Below are positions 1 through 11,782 of a DNA stretch of 64,000 bases, piece by piece. How positions within the stretch are numbered: the stretch's first letter is position 1; every line of letters begins with the position of its first letter. The notes beneath the pieces are model-generated. The model was not told the origin of the DNA. It ran no database searches and saw only the letters and a program-made list of their open reading frames with translations. The stretch covers positions 124,001 through 188,000 of the forward strand of contig OZ037773.1 in assembly GCA_964035545.1 (NCBI GenBank). The letters run 5' to 3'. The position numbers were made by a program, and so were the translations under genes. This DNA is from Bugula neritina (Eukaryota; Animalia; Bryozoa).

Positions 1-345
1 TTTGGCAGGCTTGCCGGCTATTTGTCCTGGTAGAAACAGGCTGCTCTCGTGGGGATGTAGTGGTATCTTGGGTGACTTCATCTCCCTCGCCCTGGCGGAG
101 GAGTTAGGTTCCTGACGACGACTGGGGACCAGCTGTCGAGGGGAGGGGCGCCACGCCTTGCGGCGTTTGAGCTTTTCCCTCCGCAGACTTTGCGGTCCGT
201 CGTTTGTCGAACCTGTTGCGGGGTGGCATTGAGAACACCGGCGGCGAGCGGCTTGTACAGCCTGCTTGCCGTCCTGGTGGCCGTTTCGCGAGGTCCCGGA
301 CGGGTGTCTGGCGTGGCGGACGCCACTGTGTCCTCCCTTGGGGTT

Positions 346-1281
346 TTAACGGCGGCCCGCCGGATGTGGGAGCATCCGCGGGCCGTCGTAGTTTAACCCT
401 GGTTGAAGTCGGGGGCAGTGTTTCTGGAAGTGTCCTGGTCTTCCGCACTCCCAGCAAGAGGGGTGTCCTCTACCAGGCGACTGTACCGGTAGCCCGTCAA
501 GCTCACGGGTGGTGTCTAGCTGGCTTAGAGGGGCCAAGGCGGAGACCAATTCGGCTAGCATGTAGGTCATTTGTGCGACCTTCGATGCCACCGTCATCTG
601 CGTCACCTTGGCCACCGCTGGAGTTTCCGCGTGAGAAGCGGTAGGAGCAGCGGAGGGCTCCATGTCCACCTGGCGAGAAGTCACACGGTTCCGGTGCAGT
701 TGACTCGCCAGAAGGTAAGCTTCCCCTTCTGCGAGCGCACCTTCGACCGTGGTGACTCCCCTCGCCAGGAGTTGGGGATGGAGTCCCAAGTCGTTGATGG
801 ATTGCACGAAGGCATCATAAGTGTACCTCTCACGGTTTACTTGCGGCAGATCGCGGAACGCGATCTGCGCCAATCTCATTACCCTGGTAGCGTGCTCTTG
901 TAGCGGCGTGTGAAGATCACGTCGCAGTCTTTGGAGACGGGCCCGCGCATCTACAGCGGAGATACCAAAACAGGCTCGCAGGGAAGCAAAGATACCGTCG
1001 ATGTCCGGTCCCACTCCGTATGGCTTGGCGTTGTCTGACAGCGCCATCCTGAGCTTGAGCAATGCTATTCTGGGCAGCCACTGTGCAACCTCCATTACAT
1101 CTTGAAATTCCTGAACGAATTGCTCCACCGGCTGCTCACCTGAGAAGGTGGGCACCCTCAGCCGGTACTTCTCTTCATAACATTCCCTATGCACTCTCAC
1201 TTCTGGTTCTATAGGTATAGCAACGTTATCTTCCTCACCTTCATTCCTTCGAATGGGTAGCTCTGTGCCTCTTTCTGTCAT
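346..1281 (-). CDS. gag: Gag (capsid plus CCHC zinc knuckle), 311 aa
   Basis: Intact ORF starting about 16 nt after the PBS; CWECGRPGHFQKHC knuckle; near-identical to ORF 30086-31021. Confidence 0.9.
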   Translation of the reverse strand: MTERGTELPIRRNEGEEDNVAIPIEPEVRVHRECYEEKYRLRVPTFSGEQPVEQFVQEFQDVMEVAQWLPRIALLKLRMALSDNAKPYGVGPDIDGIFASLRACFGISAVDARARLQRLRRDLHTPLQEHATRVMRLAQIAFRDLPQVNRERYTYDAFVQSINDLGLHPQLLARGVTTVEGALAEGEAYLLASQLHRNRVTSRQVDMEPSAAPTASHAETPAVAKVTQMTVASKVAQMTYMLAELVSALAPLSQLDTTRELDGLPVQSPGRGHPSCWECGRPGHFQKHCPRLQPGLNYDGPRMLPHPAGRR

Positions 1282-1297
1282 CTTGATATACGCAAAG

Positions 1298-1315
1298 ATC
1301 CCACCGCTGCCACCA
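1298..1315 (-). promoter_or_regulatory. Primer-binding site complementary to the 3' end of tRNA-Leu
   Basis: TGGTGGCAGCGGTGGGAT, 1 nt from the LTR, complementary to the tRNA-Leu end ATCCCACCGCTGCCA-CCA. Same site at 8916-8933, 30053-30070 and 36710-36727, and a variant at 17537-17554. Confidence 0.88.
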
Positions 1316-1316
1316 C

Positions 1317-1663
1317 TGTTGTGAATTTTAGCACAATTATTAAGCGTGGATTGTATGCGTATTTAGTGTCAATTTAACTAGTAATCACTAGTCTGGCTTG
1401 CGTACGATAACCTTTATTTAACTCGATAAACATAATTATAACATCACATCAAAATACCACAATACATCAATCAATTATAAACACATGTTACTACTACGAG
1501 TCCCTGCTCTCAACAACACATGGTTTCTGCTGGCTAACCCGCGAACAGTGACTTGACCGGAACCTTGCCTTCCGGTCCTTCTGATTGGATAGTAGAACAT
1601 AATTATAAGTATTCCCATACATGAGGGGACGACCCCATTATTATACTACGTAATACCATTACA
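1317..1663 (-). repeat. 5' LTR of copy A
   Basis: TG...CA termini, adjacent PBS, homologous to LTRs at 29708-30051, 34199-34535 and 36729-37071; followed by ATAT. Confidence 0.9.
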
Positions 1664-2515
1664 ATATTTACTACAAATTTCAAAAATAGCATAAATTAAG
1701 TAGTATTACTGTGCCTATTTGCATCCAATTTACTAGTCTTACATTTATAGCAACTATAACGTATTTTGTGTAAAATGGTTATTGCAAGTATTATTCAATT
1801 CATATTCACGTTGTAATCACAGCGAAGCTTAAACTTTATAGCTTTGTATTTACGTGCATGATTGGGTTTCAATTTTTTTTAAATTTTATATGCATTGAAA
1901 ATATGTTTAAAAACTTTACCAATGAACAAAAATAAAAAAAATAGACACATAAAATAAAAGAAAATAAAATCACAAAAGTGGCAAAATTTTTCCTTAATAA
2001 CTTATATAAACTCGCGGTACCAATAGCGGCATTATGATTTTTCATGGTTTAAAGTCAACACTCCTAAATATACCACACTGGATGAAACCAGAGTGGTATA
2101 TATTAGGACTGTTGACATTAGGTAATCTTGCGAAATTATGTGGGCGCCATTATGCCGAGATTGGTACCGCGAGTTTATATAAGTTATAGAGGAAAAATTT
2201 TGTCACTTTGTTATTTTATATTTTTTTCTATTTCATGTGTACATTTTTTTTAGTTTTGTTTATTGGTAAAACTTTTAGACACATTTTTTATGCACATAAA
2301 ATTTTTAAAAAAATGAAAACTCAATCATGCACGTAAATACAAAGCTATAAAGTTTAAGCTTCGCTGTGATTACAATGTGAATATGCTTGCAATAACCATT
2401 CTACACAAAATACGTTACAGTTGCTATAAATGTAAGACTAGTAAATTGGATGCAAATAGGCACGGTAATACTACTTAAGTTATGCTATTTTTAAAATTTG
2501 TAGTAAATATTTGGC

Positions 2516-2519
<4 letters not shown>
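1664..2519. mobile_element. Foldback/MITE-like element made of two inverted arms of about 420 bp
   Basis: 1664-~2082 is the reverse complement of ~2085-2519. The terminus ACATGCCAAATATTTACTACA abuts a (TA)n tract. Half copies at 3233-3660 and 9397-10186. Confidence 0.8.
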
Positions 2520-2587
<68 letters not shown>

Positions 2588-3135
2588 ATATTATTATATA
2601 TATAATGTATATATTTAATATATAATGTAATAATATATTATATATGATAACATTATATATATATAATATATATATATATTATAATATATAATATAATAAT
2701 ATAATATGATATATATTAGATATGATATAATTATATATATATAATATATATATAATATAATATATAATATAATATTATAATATATATATATATTATATAT
2801 GATATTATTAAATATATATAATATATAATATATTAATGTATAATATATTATTATAATATATATATATATATTATATATATAATATAATATATAATATAAT
2901 AATATATAATATATTATTATAATATATATATATTATATATAATATTTTTATACTTATATAATATATATATAATATAATATAATATATAATATAACAATAT
3001 ATAATATATAATAATCTATAACATATTATTATGATATATATATTATATATGATATTATTATACTTATATAATATATATAATATAATATAATATATAATAT
3101 AACAATATATAATATATAATAATATATAATATATT

Positions 3136-3232
<97 letters not shown>
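2520..3232. repeat. (TA)n and degenerate AT microsatellite
   Basis: Pure and interrupted TA tracts. Confidence 0.95.
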
Positions 3233-3233
<1 letters not shown>

Positions 3234-3660
3234 CATGCCAAATATTTACTACAAATTTCAAAAATAGCATAAATTAAGTAGTATTACCGTGCCTATTTGC
3301 ATCCAATTTACTAGTCTTACATTTATAGCAACTGTAACGTATTTTGTGTAGAATGGTTATTGAAAGTATTATTCAATTCATATTCACGTGGTAATCACAG
3401 CGAAGCCTAAACTTTATAGCTTTGTATTTACGTGCATGATTGAGTTTCAATTTTTTTTAAATTTTATATGCATTGAAAATATGTTTAAAAACTTTACCAA
3501 TAAACAAAATTTAAAAAAATGGACACATAAAATTAAAAAAAAATAAAATCACAAAAGTGATAAAATTTTTCTTTTATAACTTATATAAACTCGCGGTACC
3601 AATAGCGGCATTATGATTTTTCATGGTTTAAAGTCAACACTCCTAAATATACCACACTGG
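3233..3660. mobile_element. Single arm of the foldback element
   Basis: Matches 1664-2080 and ends at the hairpin apex (CCACACTGG). Confidence 0.8.
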
Positions 3661-3931
3661 CTGAGATCGGCATTTCGGTCTTCCGATATGCCGATATTCG
3701 GCATTTCGGAACCCCGATCTCGGCAACAAAAGAATGTCTTTGTCTCGCTTGTATATAAAAGCCAGCGAGTTCCAGTGTAGTTCAGACTACTACTGGAGCT
3801 CGCTGGTAGTAGGACCACATAAGCTGTATCTGATGCAAATAAAGTTATCTTTCATTCGTACTCAAATACTTGGCTTATTCTCTTTAGAGCATGTAGGCAC
3901 TAGTTGCATTCAAAACCCACAGTTTACTAGA
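3661..3931 (+). repeat. Probable 5'-truncated solo LTR of another family
   Basis: TATATAAAA at 3752-3760, hairpin at 3762-3806, AATAAA at 3838-3843. The end TTACTAGA followed by ATAT resembles the TTACTACA LTR ends seen elsewhere in the window. Confidence 0.5.
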
Positions 3932-3974
3932 ATATAATATAATATATATTATAACAATATATAATATATTATTA

Positions 3975-4031
<57 letters not shown>

Positions 4032-4670
4032 AGTAATTTGTCCAATTACTGAGTGTGAGTTATTTACTTGCGTATAGCTAGCTGGTTATTCTGTTATCAA
4101 TTACTAAGGTAGCTGTCGAGTAATTATATTTATTATCCACAATAAAGCATAAACCAAACATCACATCAAATTATCCTATACAAGAGTCAACTACTAACAC
4201 ATGTTACTACTACAAGCCTCCGCTTACAACAACGTGATATAATCTTAATAACCGGGGAAGTGTCACGTGACTCGGAAGCATATCTTCCGGAGCTGCTAAT
4301 TGGTTGCTACATAAGAGTCTAAGTATTCCAAGAATAGGGAGAGGGCGATTCCTGTATTTGTACTTGCACTACTCACTACACCGTCCCCCCCAGCAGAAAG
4401 CCCTACTTTCTGATAACACAATAAAAAAACATAATGAAAAACCATACAATAATCCAAAAAGGAAATATTCATAAGTAAACCCACAAAGAGTAAGAAAAGA
4501 AATAGTTAAACACGACAACGTTTACATTAGAAGACAACAGGGTGATCGATCACACACATCTAGTCAGCTATTTAGAGAGAGGGTGCTTACCAGCACGCGG
4601 GCCAATGTCGGAGCGCTCGTCACATCCTAAACGAGCTATAGCTCAACGAAGGTGCCTACCCCACGCATTC

Positions 4671-5718
4671 TCATTGGTTGGACTCTGCTTCTTGTAGCGA
4701 CCGTGCTCTGTGTCGAGCCTGTCGGGCCCGTAGCCGCCTCTTCAGTCGTCCCACTGAGTCCTTCAACTGGTATAGACCTGTCGTCGTATCCAGCAAGTCA
4801 GGGGCAAGTTGTGTGAACTCGGCTTGCAGTCTTAGAAGCCGCTCTTCTACGTTAGCCAGCTGGCTAGGTCTTGGTGGGGTTATAGGGGTCTCCGTTATAC
4901 GGGATATGGTTGTCTCTTCTACTTCTGGGGTGTTGCTAGGGTTGACGGGAGTAGGAGGTGGGCCCTGAACCATAGGGGACTTATGGCGGGCAGATAGTAA
5001 CAGTACGTGAAACCCTGACGTTAGTGCGGCCAGGGTAATAGCCTTCCTGATGACTGGCTTGATGGCATCCAGGTATAGGGGGAAACTGTCTTCATCAACA
5101 GTGTGGTTCTCTCCGGCGAAGCAGCTTAGCTTATGTACTGTCACGGGATACGGGTAGACGTCGTGGAACCCGCAGGGACAGAAGTGGAGTAGGAAATGGG
5201 CATCCACATGTAAACGCAAGGAGCGGTGTGACGGGCACTCCTCAAAGCAGACCTGGCAGGTTCGGTGTGGTCCACTGGGTCCCCAGGCTTCTTCAATTCT
5301 CCTCTCTGTCGTGGGTGACACCCAACGGTGTCGTCGGCGGAGTACTACTGGTATGCCATTCTCCATTACAGGCTCTTCTTCCATAGACAGAGAGGTTGGC
5401 TGGTCCCGTGACCGGGAGGTGGTCACTCGAGTGTGATCTGAAAGAGTAGCAGTGTTAAAGATTATACACTGCGGCACCGTCGGCGTGTACAGCCTGACCG
5501 GTACTCTGTTCAGTTACACTCGTGAGATTCAGGCTAATGAATAGTTGATGGAGAACACACTCGCTATGATAGATTATTTAAAATCAAAGTCGACGTGTAT
5601 TCCCACCACTGTTTATCATTATCGAATCTCCAGCTAGCTAGTGTAGCTGACTGATGCAGTCTAGTTATCGTACCAAAAACATAATTAACTCACCCTTCGA
5701 TCCAGAATAGTAAGACAT
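4671..5718 (-). CDS. Spliced accessory ORF3 of copy B: C2H2 plus C2HC zinc fingers, Pro/Thr linker, coiled coil and Arg-rich end (about 263 aa)
   Basis: Exon 1 5718-5694 (ATG...AAG G|GTGAGT), intron 5693-5438 ending CTCTTTCAG, exon 2 5437-4671 in frame. Motifs CQVC-x12-H-x3-H and CPC-x12-H-x3-C. Same exon structure in copy D. Confidence 0.78.
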
Positions 5719-5741
5719 TTTGGAATGAAAGTGGTAACTGA

Positions 5742-8000
5742 TTACTGTTTACTGGCACGTCTACTCTCGACTGCATCAACATAGGAAAAGACCGGACAGC
5801 GTGGTTGTGAAACGTGACTAGGGCTTTTCACTTCCAGCGGATGAATCTCGTGTGAGATTCCGCCGAGGCAAAAGTTGAGATTCTCGTGGTGATCACAACT
5901 CCCACGGCTCTTTGCCTGCTTTCCCATGCGAGGCCTCTCTAGACTTTTGTTACTGCCGCTTATACCGCGGTCACGTACACAGTCTCTGAGACACGCTGGA
6001 AGTTGCCTAGTGTGTGGTGTTGGTCCTATGTTGGCATCTCCTTGCGGAGCCCCTCCCACGGGGGGTTTTTGCACTTCCGGACCTGTTTCTGGTTCCGGAA
6101 GTGGTGATGATGGCAGGCTTGACGTTGGGGGCGGTGGGCGCACTTTCAAGGACGGAAGTGGCCTTTCTCGCCTCGCCAAGTCTTCTTGACGTGTCATGGA
6201 GGTGTTTCCGGCCAGGTTGACAGTCTCCGCCCGCCGAGACCTTCTCGCACAATGCGTCTGCCGCCCCGCTTCACCAGGGAGACGGCTATGCTTGTTGGTC
6301 TGGCAGACTTTGCACCGTCTCACTCTGCGTCGGATATCCCGTTCCATGTTAGGCCAGTACCACCGGAGTTGTAGCTTGGTGACCACCCCTTGGACTCCTC
6401 CGTGAGTCTCCTCGTGAGTGTCTTGTATCAACTTCCGGCGGATGGCAACTGGGCAGACAACCCTCTTCCTGGCTGGCTGTCTGCTGTTGGTGGCCAAGGT
6501 CATGGTTAGCAGACCATCTGGCCCGACCCGCAGAGAGCTCCAACGTTGACAGTACAGCCGTAACTCGGCGCATCCCTGTCGCCGTTGTGTACTACTGGGT
6601 CGTCGCCCCTCCTGTTTCGCTCGGTACACGTCGGCTACCACCCCAGGAAGGCATTCCTGGAGCTTCGGCAGCTCCCTAACGTTACCAGCCCATACAGGTT
6701 TGGCGCGGAGGCTCTGGGCAGCCTCCGGGGGCGTGTCAGCCCTCTGTTGAAGTGGCTGAGCAGGGGCGGTCCTCGCCGCCCGTGGTACCTCACGGCAGCC
6801 TGCTCTATTTAGGCGGGCTCCGTGGTTTGTGTGGCCGAACGCCTCACTGTACCCATGTGGCAACCTAGCCATAGCCTGGCGCTTTCCGTTGCCTGTGCAG
6901 CCACGCGTCCCTGGAGGAGGGGAGGCGTGGGTTGGGACGGTCCTCCGCCCTCGAGACGGGCTCTGCTGAGGACCTTCCGTCGTAGCTCCCGACGACGGCC
7001 CAATGGCTTCCTCCTGGACAGGATGGAAGCGACCCAGCATGGATCTGAGTGGTAGGTCTACTGTCTCTGAGAAGGGGTTGACACACTGCACTGAGATCTC
7101 TCCTTGCCCCGTGAGCCGGCTAAAACTACGGGCAAGTTGGACTCTCGAGTGCGTACTTTCGACAACTCCCAACTTAGAGGTTTGGCCACCGTCTACCTTG
7201 CAGCGGACGGTAGCCCGGGAGTGGCCTGGTATAGTACAGCTCCGTACTACCTGCACTGCTCCCGCTAGAGGACGACCAAACTTATCGACACAAGCGAGCT
7301 CCTTGTCGCCCATGATCATCGCAGATTTACTGAAATCGATGCGACAACCGTGTCGTTGTAAGAATGGCATCCCGAGGATAGCATCCTCGTTGAGCTGCCC
7401 GACGATAAACGTCTCTTGGATGGCCTGGTTACGGACGTAACCAGTTAGCTCAATAATGCCGTAGAAGGGAATGCACGACCCGTCTGCCAAGGTGCCATGA
7501 TCCCCCTCGTACGGTGCCAACCTGTCCTTGACCTTAGCGCTGAGGGTGTCAAAGAACTGACGGCTAAGGAGGTTGGTGGTGCAGCCGGAGTCCAGGAGGA
7601 AGTTGGCAGGCTTGCCGGCTAACTTCCCTGGCAGGAAGTAGCTACTTCCGTGCGGCTGCAATTGAGTGTGCCGTGGTTGCACCTCCCTCGCTGTGGGTCG
7701 AGGGGTCCACGGTTGGCGGCGACTATTGACCAGCTGCCGAGGTTGGGGCTGTACGCCTTGCGGCGCTTGTACCGTTTCCCTCGCAGGCTCTGTGGTCAAC
7801 CGTCTGCCGGCTCCGTGTTGGTGCCGGAGTGGCGTAGAGGACCCAGGCGGCGAGTGGCTTGAGCCTACTTGCCGCGGGGGTCGCCACTTCACAGCATCTC
7901 CGCGCGGCGCCCAGCGGGGCGACAGACGCGCGGGCCTCCCTGGGTGATTCACAGACGGCCCGCAGGAGGTGGGAACATCTGCGGGCCGGGGTAGTTTAAC
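5742..8000 (-). CDS. pol: Internally deleted Pol of copy B (-1 frame to gag): aspartic protease plus integrase HHCC domain and Pro-rich tail; no RT, RNase H or integrase core
   Basis: Open frame 5742-8102 with FLLDSGCTTNLL protease motif and H-x3-H...CKVC integrase zinc-binding motif. Comparison with copy C shows deletions at ~6753 and ~6192. Confidence 0.85.
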   Translation of the reverse strand, partial: VKLPRPADVPTSCGPSVNHPGRPARLSPRWAPRGDAVKWRPPRQVGSSHSPPGSSTPLRHQHGAGRRLTTEPARETVQAPQGVQPQPRQLVNSRRQPWTPRPTAREVQPRHTQLQPHGSSYFLPGKLAGKPANFLLDSGCTTNLLSRQFFDTLSAKVKDRLAPYEGDHGTLADGSCIPFYGIIELTGYVRNQAIQETFIVGQLNEDAILGMPFLQRHGCRIDFSKSAMIMGDKELACVDKFGRPLAGAVQVVRSCTIPGHSRATVRCKVDGGQTSKLGVVESTHSRVQLARSFSRLTGQGEISVQCVNPFSETVDLPLRSMLGRFHPVQEEAIGPSSGATTEGPQQSPSRGRRTVPTHASPPPGTRGCTGNGKRQAMARLPHGYSEAFGHTNHGARLNRAGCREVPRAARTAPAQPLQQRADTPPEAAQSLRAKPVWAGNVRELPKLQECLPGVVADVYRAKQEGRRPSSTQRRQGCAELRLYCQRWSSLRVGPDGLLTMTLATNSRQPARKRVVCPVAIRRKLIQDTHEETHGGVQGVVTKLQLRWYWPNMERDIRRRVRRCKVCQTNKHSRLPGEAGRQTHCARRSRRAETVNLAGNTSMTRQEDLARRERPLPSLKVRPPPPTSSLPSSPLPEPETGPEVQKPPVGGAPQGDANIGPTPHTRQLPACLRDCVRDRGISGSNKSLERPRMGKQAKSRGSCDHHENLNFCLGGISHEIHPLEVKSPSHVSQPRCPVFSYVDAVESRRASKQ
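7936..8000 (-). promoter_or_regulatory. Putative -1 ribosomal frameshift signal (G TTA AAC plus stem/pseudoknot)
   Basis: Slippery heptamer 8000-7994 in the gag frame. Stem CGGCCCGCAG/CTGCGGGCCG; loop TTCCC can pair with downstream GGGAG. Pol lies in the -1 frame. Confidence 0.7.
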
Positions 8001-8899
8001 CCTGGTGGGAGTTGAGGGCAGTTTCTCTGGAAATGTCCTGGCCTTCCGCATTCCCAGCAGAAGTGGTGCCCCATGCCTGGTGATTGTACCTGCGGCCCGC
8101 AAGGCTCACGGGCAGTATCTACCTGGCTTGGGGAGGCTAATGTGGTGACCAGTTTATCTAGCATGTCAGTCATCTGTGAGATTTTTGACGCTAGTGACAT
8201 CTGGTTCACACTAGCCACCGTGGAGGGTTCCGCATTTAATTCAGTGTGAGCAGTAGAGTGCTCCGTGGTCACCTGGCGGGAGGCCACGCGGTTGCGGTGC
8301 ATATGAGTCGCCAAGAGATAGGCTTCTCCCACCGCAAGTGCATCTTCGACTGTGGTGACTCCCCTCGCTTGGAGTTGATGGTGGAGCCCCAAGTCGTTGA
8401 TGGACTGCACGAAGGCATCATAGGTATACCTCTCACGGTGTACCGGAGGCAGATCGCGGAATGCAATCTGCGCTAATGGGTACACCGTGGCAGCGTGCTC
8501 TTCTAGTGACGTGTGAGGATCACGCCGCATCCTCTGTAGACGGGCCCGCGCATCTATGGGAGAGATGCCAAAACGGGCCCGCAGGGAAGCAAAGATTCCG
8601 TCTATGTCAGGTCCAGCTCCGTACGGCTTAGCTTTGCCCGTCAACGCCATCCTGAGCTTTAGCAACGCCACCCTTGGCGGCCATTCTGCAATCTCCATCA
8701 CATCCTGGAATTCTTGGATGAACTGCTCCACTGCTTCTTCGCCAGTGAAGTTGGGCGCCTTCAGCCGGTATCTATCTTCACCATGCTCTCTAAGAATTCT
8801 CACTTCTTCATCTAACACCACTGGTTCCACAGGTATATCAAAATCATCTCTCTCACCTTCATTCAGTGGAATGGGTAGCTCCGTGCCGTCTTCTGCCAT
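7949..8899 (-). CDS. gag: Gag of copy B
   Basis: Intact ORF, first ATG at 8899 (MAEDGTEL); CWECGRPGHFQRNC knuckle. Confidence 0.9.
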   Translation of the reverse strand: MAEDGTELPIPLNEGERDDFDIPVEPVVLDEEVRILREHGEDRYRLKAPNFTGEEAVEQFIQEFQDVMEIAEWPPRVALLKLRMALTGKAKPYGAGPDIDGIFASLRARFGISPIDARARLQRMRRDPHTSLEEHAATVYPLAQIAFRDLPPVHRERYTYDAFVQSINDLGLHHQLQARGVTTVEDALAVGEAYLLATHMHRNRVASRQVTTEHSTAHTELNAEPSTVASVNQMSLASKISQMTDMLDKLVTTLASPSQVDTAREPCGPQVQSPGMGHHFCWECGRPGHFQRNCPQLPPGLNYPGPQMFPPPAGRL

Positions 8900-9282
8900 G
8901 ACTGCTATACGCAAGATCCCACCGCTGCCACCACTGTAGTAATTTGTGCAATTACTGAGCGTGAGTTATTTACTTGCGTATAGCTAGCTGGTTATTCTGT
9001 TATCAATTACTAAGGTAGCTGTCGAGTAATTATATTTATTATCCACAATAAAGCATAAACCAAACATCACATCAAATTATCCTATACAAGAGTCAACTAC
9101 TAACACATGTTACTACTACAAGCCTCCGCTTACAACAACGTGATATAATCTTAATAACCCGGGAAGTGTACGTGACTCGGAAGCATATCTTCCGGAGCTG
9201 CTAATTGGTTGCTACATAAGAGTCTAAGTATTCCAAGAATAGGGAGAGGGCGATTCCTGTATTTGTACTTGCACTACTCACT

Positions 9283-9397
<115 letters not shown>

Positions 9398-9409
9398 CAT
9401 GCCAAATAT

Positions 9410-9761
9410 TGTAGTGAGTAGTGCAAAGTACAAATACGGAATCGCCCTCTCCCTGCTTTTGGAATACTAAGACCCTTATGTAGCAACCAATTAGCAGCTC
9501 CGGAAGATATGCTTCCGATTCACGTGACACTTCCCGGGTTATTAACATTTTATCACGTTGTTGTAAGCGGAGGCTTGAAGGAGAAACATGTATTAGTAGT
9601 TGACTGATGTATAGGATAATTTGATGTGATGTTTGTTTTATGCTTTATTGTGGATAATAAATATAATTACTCGACAGCTACCCTAGTAATTACTAGCAGA
9701 ATAACCAACTAACTATACGCAAGTAGATAACTCACGCACAGTAATTGCACAAATTACTACA
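9410..9761 (+). repeat. Solo LTR of family B with ATAT target-site duplication
   Basis: TG...CA, 352 bp, inverted homologue of 8935-9285; ATAT at 9406-9409 and 9762-9765. Inserted in a foldback-element arm (9397-10186). Confidence 0.92.
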
Positions 9762-11458
9762 ATATTTACTACAAACTTCAAAAATAGCATAAATTAAGTA
9801 GTATTACCGTGCCTATTTGCATCCAATTTACTAGTCTTACATTAATTATAGCAACTGTAACGTATTTTGTGTAGAATGGTTATTGCAAGTATTATTCAAT
9901 TCATATTCACGTGGTAATCACAGCGAAGCTTAAACTTTATAGCTTTGTATTTATGTGCATGATTGAGTTTTAATTTTTTTTAAAATTTTATATTCATTGA
10001 AAATATGTTTAAAACTTTACCAATAAATAAAATTTAAAACAATTGACACATAAAATTAAAAAAAAAATCACAAAAGTGATAAAATATTTCCTCTATAACT
10101 AATTTAAACTCGCGGTACCAATAGCGGCATTATGATTTTTCATGATTTAAAGTCAACACTCTTAAATATACCACACTGGATGAAACTTGTATTGCAAGCG
10201 CGCTACTATGCTACTCGCTGTAAGTTCAGTCTGCAACGAACATCCGGGCTGCCAAAGTGTAAAGCCACAGCCAATGGGCGAGGGCGTGCTGCTATCTAAT
10301 TATTGAATTGACTACTAGCAGTCGTTGCGTAGGCGGGAATCAAACGATGCGATAACTTAGTTGAATGAAACGTTACGCTAAACGCAACACTGAATGCTCG
10401 ATCGACTATGGTACTATGGTACTTTTACTACTGGAATTAATTATTGTAAGTGCTAACTTGACAGTTAGTGACTATGTTTAGTTGTCGATTGGTGTGTTGC
10501 AGTAGTATAGTAGTAGTACGTAGAAGCTGTCATAAAAAACGTCAACGTATACACATTAATCACTACTTTTAATTTGAATAAGAGTTGAAATGTTGTTCAT
10601 CAAATTCAATTTTAAGGACAAACGGTATTTTGATTTAAATTTAATGATAATACTAAATCTAATTGATTTTCATTTTTTTCGAATTTGATATTTAAAATTC
10701 AATCATTATCATATTTAAGTTTATATTTATATTTATTATCCATTATGATTATCATTATGATTGTCATTATGATCATCATTTGAATAGTAATGAATCATGA
10801 TATAAATAACATTAACTGATTACATTTACTGATCAAACAGCAAATGTTGTAAATGTAACAAATACAACTACAAGTGCTAACCCTGGTCTAATAGTAATAT
10901 AAGTTTTCACTAGAGGCTTCCCTCTCTATAACTCAGTATAAGTATAGGCATTTTAGTTGCTGCGGAAGTGCTACCTCAACTGAGATAATAATAAACTGTA
11001 GCAATGCTGTTATGATTGTTGGTATCATTATGATTAACTAAGTGATTATCATTAATGACCATGATTAAGATATTGTTATAATTTCCACAATTATAATAAG
11101 TATGGGGATTCGTGTATACTATAGTTATCCACGTTGCATTGCCAAACACCAGACGAGTAATTAAGAGAGAAGAAGATTTATATACCACACTAAGTACACA
11201 AGTAAAAGTAGTATAGTTTTAGTAGCACACATATATAAAACATCTATCCTAGTACACTCAGCATCACGCTTTAACTGAATTGTATTATGAAACTGTCCGG
11301 AAGCCTTTCTGCTTCACCGGGGGTAATCACGTGCTTAGTGGGGATTGGCTCGTGAGCACGTGGCGCTTACGCTTCACTGGCCACTACACCGCCCCCTCCA
11401 GCAGGGAGCCTACTTCCTGCTAAAAAAATGAGTGGGAGGGAAGCGTAAAAAAAGAACA

Positions 11459-11528
<70 letters not shown>

Positions 11529-11782
11529 ACCAGAATAAAAATGTACATAAGAAAAAATACTAAGAAACGTGTATCTTAGTATTTTTTCTTGTGTGTACAC
11601 AAATAATATCTTTCTAATCCTATTTACAAAATATAGTTTTCACAGCCCCGGTGGAGCACCAGGATGGAGGGAGACGGAGGAAATATATCCGGAGACGAAG
11701 GTGGTGTAGGGAGAGGGAGAGAGAGTGTCACACTAATCCTTAGTGGCACGTTTCAGCCGATTTATAGACTCCTGGAAGGACT

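Larger units (their letters stand above)
1..1663 (-). mobile_element. Gypsy-type LTR retrotransposon copy A (5' part; runs off the window), same family as D/E
   Basis: 5' LTR 1317-1663 (TG...CA), PBS 1298-1315, gag 346-1281, start of the protease ORF at 81. Near-identical to the element at 29708. Confidence 0.93.

Noticed and set aside
190-903. Antisense and alternative-frame ORFs over gag/pol (also throughout 5900-8950, 30460-33120 and 35340-36420)
   Set aside because: They are shadows of GC-rich coding sequence; their recurrence reflects near-identical element copies.
2073-2096. Hammerhead ribozyme at the foldback apex (CTGGATGAAAC)
   Set aside because: The CUGAUGA core and the three-stem arrangement are missing.
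2871-3270. YI-repeat ORFs (also 9201-9548 and 11367-11600)
   Set aside because: They are translations of (TA)n microsatellites.
4671-5477. ORF3 as an envelope gene
   Set aside because: It has no signal peptide, TM helix or fusion-protein layout, and has zinc-finger motifs instead.
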